This document shows, piece after piece, positions 56,562-64,000 of a stretch of 64,000 nucleotides of DNA. The stretch's first letter is position 1. Each line of letters starts with the position of its first letter. The DNA lies in IMG/VR virus record IMGVR_UViG_3300042516_003202. The stretch is one strand, 5' to 3'. The notes under the pieces are model-generated. The model was not told the origin of the DNA. It saw only the letters and a program-made list of their open reading frames with translations, and made no database searches. Both the position numbers and the translations under genes were made by a program. The stretch comes from a virus.

Positions 56562-56619
56562 ATTATATGGGGATTTTGGGAGAATGTCAACCCTCCTGTG
56601 CCAGTTTTGAGAGTGTCAC
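56562..56619 (-). promoter_or_regulatory. Palindrome + perfect sigma70 promoter
   Basis: GTGCCAGTT-TTGA-GAGTGTCAC at 56598; TTGACA-17-TATAAT. Confidence 0.85.
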
Positions 56620-58277
56620 ACAAATCTATCCACATGCGCTTCATAATTTTGTTTTACTTCTGTATTTGATAGAGCTTTGGAATAAAATCTAACAGCAGAA
56701 ATTTTTCCTGGAAAATATTGGCGAATGTATGTGGAAGTGCAAAATCCTATTCTCATTGATGCAGATGAAGACAATACTGATAAGTCGGAAATATTTGAAG
56801 AATTTTCCATAATGCCATTTATGTATATTTTATTATCTTTTCCAACTTCTCTAACAAATGCAACATGATACCATGTGTTAATTGAAAGGTTTGATGTATT
56901 TTCTAAACTTCCATTTCCCCTAGAACCAGAATTAACTCTAATACCACTTGGTTTATATACTTGTAATCCAATTCCTCTAGTTGAACTAATTCCAATTATA
57001 CTTGCGCCGCCAGTATCTATGTTTGAAGTTAAGTTAGTATCATCTGTAATTTTAAACCATGCTTCTAAAGAATAAGAAACATCTCCAGAAGAAATTCCTG
57101 ATCCATCACCGTCAATATAAGATTTATTAAATTCTAAGTACTTATTAGTAGATCCATATTGATTAAACCAAATAGAAGACCCATCTGATCTATCAAAGGT
57201 TGGACTATTTGCTGGCGCAGTTGCATATACACCATCATCAGATAAATTTGATAATGATAATACTTGATTTATTCCTGTTGTATTTTCTATAGAAGTTGAT
57301 ATTCCATAAGTTTTATCGGCATCAGAATATATAACAAGTTTATCGATTACAATTGGATCGACAAAAGTAGAAAGATTTGATATAGATTTTTTTAATTTTT
57401 TCTTTCTAGAGTCTAACGCTTTTTTTATATCTTTATCGCCCCAGATTTGTATTTCTTCTTGAGTTTTATCCTCTTTTATCACATTAACAACTGATAAATA
57501 TTTTTCTCTCAATTTTCTTAGGTTTGGAATTCCTTGTACAACCTGAGAAATTGAAGACGCATATCCAGCACAAGTTGGACTTGAAATTAATATTGGTACA
57601 GTTCCTGCAAATCCAACTGTATATGGATTTATTATTTTATATACTCCAAGTGAATCACCATCATTATTTTCAATAGTATTTTCAAACCCATTACCAAATC
57701 TTGCTGGAGTCAACCTATTTTGAGATTCTTCAAAAACATTATCATCTCTCAATTCTTCCATATTTTCATATCTTTTTATTTTAACCAAATCTTCAAAAAT
57801 TTCTTCACCTCTACCAACACCAATATTATCAATTTTAAGAACTGGTAACTTTTTTGGTATAATTGCAAATCCAGTTGTAGGATTTATTGCTGGTACATAA
57901 GAAGGAGATGTAGAACATCCATATCCAACCGCAGTATTAACTATAGTAATTATTTGTTGTTTTATAGAATTAATCTGCACATTATAATCATACATTTGAT
58001 TATCATATGGCTTCGCTAATTTTTTATAGTCATCAACATTTCTTTCTTGTTTATCATAATCTATTTGTTGAAGTTCAAGAGGTGTTTTAATTGAATCTAC
58101 TAATTCTACAGGATTATCTGACCAAGTTCCATCTGGATTTTGAGATACATTTCTAGTTCTAATAGTCTTTGGAGTTTTTCCTATTTCACTAGGTTCAGAC
58201 CCAAAAGAATTAGCAGCATCTAATTGCTCCGTTAAATTTTGAGTTATTTTGAATGCAAAAAATTCTTGAGTTGACAT
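56616..58277 (-). CDS. Virion protein with C-terminal LamG/ConA-like lectin domain
   Basis: YSLEAWFK..NTWYHVAF..KIYING..FPGKISAVRFYSKALS..VKQNY. Confidence 0.75.
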   Translation of the reverse strand: MSTQEFFAFKITQNLTEQLDAANSFGSEPSEIGKTPKTIRTRNVSQNPDGTWSDNPVELVDSIKTPLELQQIDYDKQERNVDDYKKLAKPYDNQMYDYNVQINSIKQQIITIVNTAVGYGCSTSPSYVPAINPTTGFAIIPKKLPVLKIDNIGVGRGEEIFEDLVKIKRYENMEELRDDNVFEESQNRLTPARFGNGFENTIENNDGDSLGVYKIINPYTVGFAGTVPILISSPTCAGYASSISQVVQGIPNLRKLREKYLSVVNVIKEDKTQEEIQIWGDKDIKKALDSRKKKLKKSISNLSTFVDPIVIDKLVIYSDADKTYGISTSIENTTGINQVLSLSNLSDDGVYATAPANSPTFDRSDGSSIWFNQYGSTNKYLEFNKSYIDGDGSGISSGDVSYSLEAWFKITDDTNLTSNIDTGGASIIGISSTRGIGLQVYKPSGIRVNSGSRGNGSLENTSNLSINTWYHVAFVREVGKDNKIYINGIMENSSNISDLSVLSSSASMRIGFCTSTYIRQYFPGKISAVRFYSKALSNTEVKQNYEAHVDRFV

Positions 58278-58328
58278 GTTAAATTTTTATCAATTAATTC
58301 TTAGTTTTATATTGTGCATTTAAAAAAA

Positions 58329-58682
58329 TCAAGTACTTAAATTTTGAATTTGTAATTTTAGATCATCAATAATTTGTTGTTGTTCTTTTACTGCTGCAAT
58401 TAACAGAACAACCAATCTATCATATTTAACTGCATAATAATCATTATTTACGGGCAATTTACCTACAGATTCTGGAGCAACTTCGAGCAATTCTTGGGCT
58501 GAAAGACCAAGATGCTTCTCTTCAATAGATCTAAATCCAATAGACTCTGCGACAGTATTTAAATTATATGTAAATGTGCTTAAAGATTTAACTTTATCTA
58601 AAGCATTAGTAATTGGTTCAATATTAGTTTTTAGCCTCATGTCAGAAGCTGTTAATTCATCTTCGTGATTTTTAAATTCCAT
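58329..58682 (-). CDS. Stand-alone peptidase S74 (intramolecular chaperone) domain
   Basis: TASDMRLKTNI..AVKYDRLVVLLIAAVKE and coiled-coil tail. Confidence 0.85.
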   Translation of the reverse strand: MEFKNHEDELTASDMRLKTNIEPITNALDKVKSLSTFTYNLNTVAESIGFRSIEEKHLGLSAQELLEVAPESVGKLPVNNDYYAVKYDRLVVLLIAAVKEQQQIIDDLKLQIQNLST

Positions 58683-58731
58683 AATTTTGAATCTAATTTT
58701 CTATATTCTTATATAGTAAAGATATTGTGTT

Positions 58732-59673
58732 TTAATTTTTAGTTATAGTCAAATATCCATGTCCTCGGTTATATCCAATTACTGTGATTGCTGATTGAGA
58801 GTAACTTCCGCCGCCGCCGCCAGTATTAGTATTACTGTTTTGATTACTTCCACCTCCACCAGAATATCCTCCTCCTCCTCCACCACCACCAGTGTTTCCA
58901 TGAGTTCCCGCACCACCACCAAAACCACCAAAAGCAGATGTTGCGGTGTTCCCTCCCGTTCCACCTGCTGCAAAAGAAAGACCTAATCCACTATAACCAT
59001 ATGATCCAGCTTGCCCTGCTGCAGTTCCATTTCCATATAATCCACCACCACCTCCACCCCATCCATTAGATGATCCAGTTCCACCATTTCCGTTAGAACC
59101 ACCAGTTCCAGTAAAATCTGAATAACTAGAACCACCAGTTGTTCCAGATAATCCATCAGAATATGCACCATATATTGCCGAATCAAATGAAGCAAAACTA
59201 TACGTTGCTCCTCCTCCACCTCCAGCAATTATAACTGGAGTGTTAAAAAATTCTGTCATAAAAGTTCCCCCACCACCGCCACCAGATCCTGTACTAAAAA
59301 CAACTCCTTTTTGACCAACAAGTATTTTATACAACATTCCTTTAGTTAAAGTCACTACAGACTCAATAATAATTCCTCTAGAATAATTTGCATAATAACC
59401 ATCTTGACCAGCGGCACCTGCAGCACGAATTGTATAACTACCTGTTGTTGGGGCATACCAATACTGAATTCCAGAACTTACTGAAAAATAAGTTGAGTAC
59501 CAAGGTTGCGAGGTATAACTTGAAACTGATGCAAATGAAGTTGGACCAAATCTTCCAGTTGCTCCTCCATTTGTGAATGTAAAGGATGTGAAAGAAAATA
59601 AATCTCCCACTTGATCCATATATGGAGAATAATATGTATTTGGACCAAGTAAAGTTTGTTGAATTGTAGTCAT
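58732..59673 (-). CDS. Glycine-rich (ALK/LTK glycine-rich-domain-like) putative adhesin
   Basis: GIQYW..PTTGSYTIRAAGAAG..KILVGQKG..GGGGGTF..IIAGGGGG..GGFGGG..GGGGGYSGG..GHGYLTI. Confidence 0.75.
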   Translation of the reverse strand: MTTIQQTLLGPNTYYSPYMDQVGDLFSFTSFTFTNGGATGRFGPTSFASVSSYTSQPWYSTYFSVSSGIQYWYAPTTGSYTIRAAGAAGQDGYYANYSRGIIIESVVTLTKGMLYKILVGQKGVVFSTGSGGGGGGTFMTEFFNTPVIIAGGGGGATYSFASFDSAIYGAYSDGLSGTTGGSSYSDFTGTGGSNGNGGTGSSNGWGGGGGGLYGNGTAAGQAGSYGYSGLGLSFAAGGTGGNTATSAFGGFGGGAGTHGNTGGGGGGGGYSGGGGSNQNSNTNTGGGGGSYSQSAITVIGYNRGHGYLTITKN

Positions 59674-59677
59674 AATA

Positions 59678-62600
59678 TCAACTTAATCCAGATCCAGATA
59701 TAACAAATTCATTAGGTGTGACGACACATAGAACAGTACAAAGTCCTCTTCCTGCTAATGTTCTATTTCCAGTTGTTGCTGTTCCAGCAATATACATTGT
59801 AGTTGAAGCACCTTGTGTAATTGTTTGTGCTGATGAAGAGTTATTATAAATCGTAATTGCATCTCCAGCACTGAAAACGCCAGAAGGGACAGTTACGCCA
59901 CCTGTTGTGATATTAACTAAATCGCCAACATCTCCTATTGCAAGAGTGTATGAAGTTGTTTTAGCAAGATTTATTAATTTTCTAAGATTTCCTCCGGAAT
60001 CAGAAACTATAGTAGAAGTTAAGTTACCTGTTGATGGATTATAAGTTAATTTTGATGATGATACGTTTAATGTTGGTGACCCAGATGCCACCGATGAAAG
60101 CATTGGATATCTCGTTGCGTTTGTTGATGTGTCATCAGACACGCTAATAGAACCAAATGGTGCAAATATTGATGTAAATGCCCAATTATCAGTACCATAA
60201 TAATAGAAAACTTGTGCAATTCTTAAATAAACTCCATTTACAGTTTGTGCTGCTGCAGGTATAGAAGCACTGATTAATTGCCAAGTATTATAGTTTAAAG
60301 CACTAGGTGTAATAAGCTCTATTGTAGTATAAGAAGATCCATTAAGACTATATTGAAATAATAAAACATCTGATTGATAGTCTTCTGGTTGATCCCCCCA
60401 AGTTCCATTAGCAGCATTCACATAAAATTGAACTGTGCTAATACCATTTAAATATACCTTATTAAAAGTAGAGACATATCTCGTTCCATTTTGGTATTCT
60501 GAAAGATAACCATCAAAAATTGCTATCGGAGTTCCTGTGGGAACTGCAGTTGATGTTGCCATAGTTCCATAAACTGAACCAAGTGTTGCCAATCTAGTTC
60601 CATTAGAAACATCAAGATTTTCTGGTTCTCTTAAATTTAATAAAACATTATCAAGTGATCCAGTATGATTTTGATCACCTCCAACTTGACCAAATGCTGG
60701 CATCAAAGTTGTAAATGCCCAGTTATCAGTGCCGTAATAAAATGAAGTTTGGGTGATTTTTAAATAAACTCCACCAAAAGTTTTTGCCCCAGATGGAACT
60801 CTAATAGTTCTTAACGTCCAAACATTACTACTAGCAATATCAATGGGATTTATTATGTCAATATTAGTCCAAAAAGTTCCATCAGTACTATATTGAACAA
60901 GTAAATTATCATTTTCATAATATTCTGGTAGATCGCCCCAACCAGTTCCACCTCTATTAACGTAATAATTTAAGAAGTCTACATTTGTTAAATGAACTTT
61001 TTCTCTATTTTGAACAAATCTTGTTCCATTTAAATTTAAAGACAAATATCCATCAAAAACTACAATTGGTGTTCCGACTGGAACCGCTGAAATATTTGAT
61101 ATGCCGGAATAATTTCCAACTGATGTTAATCTAGTTCCATTTCCTACCGTAAGAGTGTTTAAATTATAAAAATTAAGTAAGAATAAAGAAAGATTTCCAG
61201 AAGAAGATGATGAATCTGATTCTGGTTGACCAAATCCACCAACTAAGGTTGTAAATGCCCAGTTATCAGTGCCGTAATAAAATGAAGTTTGAACAATTCT
61301 TAAATAAACTCCAGAAAAATCTTTTACCGCATCTGGAATAGTTATAGTTCTTAAAGTCCAAACATTACTACTAGCAATATCAATTGGATTTACTGTATCA
61401 AGAGTAACCCATCCTGTAGATGCGGTTGGGGAAGTTGGGTGATATTGAACAAGTAAATTATCATTTTCGTAATATTCTGGCAAATCTCCCCAACCAGTTC
61501 CACCTCTATTAACATAATATAAAATATAGTCTAATGTTGTTAAATAAACTTTTGTTTTGTTTGTAAGTACTCTAGTGCCATTTTGATATTCTGCAAGATA
61601 TCCATCAAATATTCCAATTAAAGTTCCAGAAGGAACTTTATTTGTTAAAGTAGACATACCTCCATAATATGCTCCCACACTACTCATTCTAACGCCGTCA
61701 CCTAAATTTAATGTTAAAGTATTGGCAAAATTCATTAAAGAAACTGTAAGATTTCCTGCACTAGATGGATCATTTACATTTGTACTATCTCCAGTAGATG
61801 CTATAAGAGAAGTTATTGCCCAATTGTCAGTGTCTTGATAGTATGAAGTCTGAGCAATTCTTAGATATACACCATTATAATATTTTGCACCATCTGGAAT
61901 TTGAACTGTCCTTAAAGTCCATACATTAACACTAGCAATATCAATAGGTCTTATAGTATCGAAAGTAACATAAGTAGATCCATCTGTACTGTATTGTAAA
62001 TATAAAAAGTCACTTTGATAATTCTCGGGTTCTTCGCCACCAGCACCTTTGTTAACATAATATGATAAGTATGATATTGTAGTTAAATAAATTCTATTAA
62101 AATTAGTAATTACTCTATTTGAAGTTCCCCCAAAAAATGCAATGTTTGTAGTTCCAGGAACTTCTGTTCTAGTTGAAGTTCCCCTTGCTGAACAAGTTGT
62201 TAACTGTACACCACTTCCAATAGTAAATAAATTTGGATCTGCAAAATTCATGGCAGCAATCATAATGTTGCCATTTCCGGAAGATGTAGTCGAAGAACCA
62301 GCAGATCCTAATTCTGGTATTACTGAAGTAAATGCCCAGTTATCAGTTTCTTGATAATAAGCTCCTTGTACAATTCTCAAATAAACTCCATTATAATACT
62401 TAGCAGCTGCTGGAACTCTTTCTGATATTAAAGTCCAAGTATTTGCTGCAACATCATCAGGACCAACTGTTTTTATAGCAGTCCATCCACTAGTTCCAGT
62501 GTAACTATATTCAAGAATTAAATTGTCTAAATTAAATCCCTCTGGAGAATCTCCCCAACTACCAGCTTTATTGACGTAAAAATATACAAATTCTACAGAA

Positions 62601-64000
62601 GTTAAATAAACTTTAAATCTATTTTGAACAAATCTAGTTCCAGATGGTGTTGGAGCACTATTTGTTCCAAAAACTCCAATACTTGTAGTCGTGGAAGGAA
62701 CTTGAGTTAATGAAGACATATTAAGAATTGAACTAGGAAATGTAAGAAAAGTTCCAGTTCCCAAAGTTAAACCATTTGGAGTTGCAAGATCTATAAGTGA
62801 ATATGAAGAATTTCCTCCCCCAGTTCCAGATGCACCTTGAGTACCTTGTCCTCCTGGACCTTGAATTCCTTGTCTTCCTTGAAGACCTTGAGCTCCTTGA
62901 CCACCAATTCCACCAGTAAATCCCTGAACTCCCTGGTGTCCTTGAATACCTTGTCGTCCCTGAGTTCCTTGATTTCCTTGTGTACCTACACCATCTGTTC
63001 CTTGAGAACCTTGTATTCCCTGAATACCTTGCGATCCTTGAATACCAGATCCTTGGAGACCTTGAAAACCTTGAGATCCTATAGTTCCTTGATTTCCTTG
63101 AACACCTTGATTACTTAAACCTTGAGTTCCCTGCCTTCCTTGAATTCCTTGAGAACCTTGAGAACCTTGATTACCAAGAAGACCAGATATTCCTTGCGTT
63201 CCTTGAACACCCTGAGTTGTTCCATCACGTCCCTGAAGTCCTTGAGATCCTTGTAAAGATGCACCCTGAAGTCCTTGAGATCCTTGAAAACCTATTCCCT
63301 GAGTTCCTTGAGCACCTTGATTTCCACTATATCCTTGAAGTCCTTGAGATCCTTGGAAAGATTGTCCCTGAACACCTTGGGTTCCTTGCGCTGTTCCTGC
63401 TCGACCTTGAATACCTTGAACACCTTGAATCCCTTGTCTTCCTTGAATTCCTTGAGAACCCTGAAATCCACTATAACCTTGAGTACCTTGTGCTCCTTGT
63501 GATCCAAGACCTTGAGTTCCTTGGAATCCTTGAGATCCATATTCTCCCTGAATTCCTTGAGATCCTTGGAAAGATTGTCCCTGAACACCTTGGGTTCCTT
63601 GACTGCCTTGAGTACCTTGAACTCCTTGAATACCTTGAGTTCCTTGAGTACCTTGAGTACCTTGAACACCCTGTGTTCCTTGAGTTGCTTGAACACCTTG
63701 AGTGCCTTGATTACTTAAACCTTGAACACCTTGTGTTCCTTGAAAATTACTTATTGTTCCCTGAGCACCTTGTCTACCTTGTGTTCCATGAATTCCCTGA
63801 ACACCTTGAAATCCTTGAACACCCTGAGATCCTTGAATACCTTGTCTACCTTGTGTTCCTTGATTTCCTTGAACGCCTTGATTGCTTACACCTTGAATAC
63901 CTTGGGTTCCTTGAGTTCCTTGAAAGTTACTTATTTGACCTTGAAGACCTTGCAATCCTTGCAGTCCTTGAGATCCTTGTCTTCCTTGCGAACCTTGAGT
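59678..64000 (-). CDS. Collagen-like tail fibre with five tandem ~180-aa modules (5'-truncated)
   Basis: Frame open to the window edge; (G-X-Q)n repeats then modules ending DNWA(F/I)T. Confidence 0.85.
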   Translation of the reverse strand, partial: TQGSQGRQGSQGLQGLQGLQGQISNFQGTQGTQGIQGVSNQGVQGNQGTQGRQGIQGSQGVQGFQGVQGIHGTQGRQGAQGTISNFQGTQGVQGLSNQGTQGVQATQGTQGVQGTQGTQGTQGIQGVQGTQGSQGTQGVQGQSFQGSQGIQGEYGSQGFQGTQGLGSQGAQGTQGYSGFQGSQGIQGRQGIQGVQGIQGRAGTAQGTQGVQGQSFQGSQGLQGYSGNQGAQGTQGIGFQGSQGLQGASLQGSQGLQGRDGTTQGVQGTQGISGLLGNQGSQGSQGIQGRQGTQGLSNQGVQGNQGTIGSQGFQGLQGSGIQGSQGIQGIQGSQGTDGVGTQGNQGTQGRQGIQGHQGVQGFTGGIGGQGAQGLQGRQGIQGPGGQGTQGASGTGGGNSSYSLIDLATPNGLTLGTGTFLTFPSSILNMSSLTQVPSTTTSIGVFGTNSAPTPSGTRFVQNRFKVYLTSVEFVYFYVNKAGSWGDSPEGFNLDNLILEYSYTGTSGWTAIKTVGPDDVAANTWTLISERVPAAAKYYNGVYLRIVQGAYYQETDNWAFTSVIPELGSAGSSTTSSGNGNIMIAAMNFADPNLFTIGSGVQLTTCSARGTSTRTEVPGTTNIAFFGGTSNRVITNFNRIYLTTISYLSYYVNKGAGGEEPENYQSDFLYLQYSTDGSTYVTFDTIRPIDIASVNVWTLRTVQIPDGAKYYNGVYLRIAQTSYYQDTDNWAITSLIASTGDSTNVNDPSSAGNLTVSLMNFANTLTLNLGDGVRMSSVGAYYGGMSTLTNKVPSGTLIGIFDGYLAEYQNGTRVLTNKTKVYLTTLDYILYYVNRGGTGWGDLPEYYENDNLLVQYHPTSPTASTGWVTLDTVNPIDIASSNVWTLRTITIPDAVKDFSGVYLRIVQTSFYYGTDNWAFTTLVGGFGQPESDSSSSSGNLSLFLLNFYNLNTLTVGNGTRLTSVGNYSGISNISAVPVGTPIVVFDGYLSLNLNGTRFVQNREKVHLTNVDFLNYYVNRGGTGWGDLPEYYENDNLLVQYSTDGTFWTNIDIINPIDIASSNVWTLRTIRVPSGAKTFGGVYLKITQTSFYYGTDNWAFTTLMPAFGQVGGDQNHTGSLDNVLLNLREPENLDVSNGTRLATLGSVYGTMATSTAVPTGTPIAIFDGYLSEYQNGTRYVSTFNKVYLNGISTVQFYVNAANGTWGDQPEDYQSDVLLFQYSLNGSSYTTIELITPSALNYNTWQLISASIPAAAQTVNGVYLRIAQVFYYYGTDNWAFTSIFAPFGSISVSDDTSTNATRYPMLSSVASGSPTLNVSSSKLTYNPSTGNLTSTIVSDSGGNLRKLINLAKTTSYTLAIGDVGDLVNITTGGVTVPSGVFSAGDAITIYNNSSSAQTITQGASTTMYIAGTATTGNRTLAGRGLCTVLCVVTPNEFVISGSGLS

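Noticed and set aside
37-56619. Palindromes as CRISPR repeats, IS ends or attC-like sites
   Set aside because: Irregular kb-scale spacing, fixed position relative to -10 boxes, and no transposase or integrase in the window; attC-like recombination cannot be fully excluded
838-63718. Most plus-strand ORFs of the track (e.g. 1305-1745, 2439-2930, 16434-17159, 40487-41491, 44408-53802)
   Set aside because: Antisense shadows of minus-strand genes with recognisable motifs; no RBS or promoter support
62837-63718. Ser/Leu-rich plus-strand ORFs and the Lys/Glu-rich alternate-frame ORF 63292-63696
   Set aside because: By-products of the stop-poor collagen repeat
1-64000. Stop-codon reassignment or self-splicing introns
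   Set aside because: Long genes are intact in the standard code; no interrupted conserved gene or intron core seen

Overview
64 kb segment of a T4-like cyanobacterial myovirus (Kyanoviridae-like; the freshwater Synechococcus/Cyanobium host is an inference). Nearly all genes are on the minus strand. About 1-43.8 kb is an early/middle accessory region of more than 100 mostly tiny ORFs. It includes CP12, two 2OG-Fe(II) oxygenases, an RNA ligase, an RlpA-like protein, a cupin, HNH and GIY-YIG nucleases, three DNA methyltransferase ORFs, an SF2 helicase and tRNA-Leu(TAA). About 43.9-64 kb is a late tail-fibre/adhesin block interrupted by a small early island with tRNA-Ile(TAT) and tRNA(CAT). Most notable observations: (1) a 22-bp palindrome (GTGCCASTT-N4-AASTGKCAC-like) in 18 copies, 17 of them 29-31 bp from a sigma70 -10 box and usually next to a GC-rich hairpin whose sequence varies but whose pairing is kept; (2) strand-biased (G)ATCTCGT arrays and an orphan promoter with an AT-rich tract and hairpin, suggesting an origin-like region; (3) a permuted, split N6-adenine MTase followed by a DpnI-wH-like/ParB-like fusion and a helicase; (4) a cyAbrB-N/ArdA-like fusion and orphan antitoxin-like genes; (5) a proline-free collagen fibre with five Reelin-subrepeat-like modules; (6) a glycine-rich adhesin followed by three Cys-rich paralogs. 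All family calls come from motif recognition by eye; no database searches were run.
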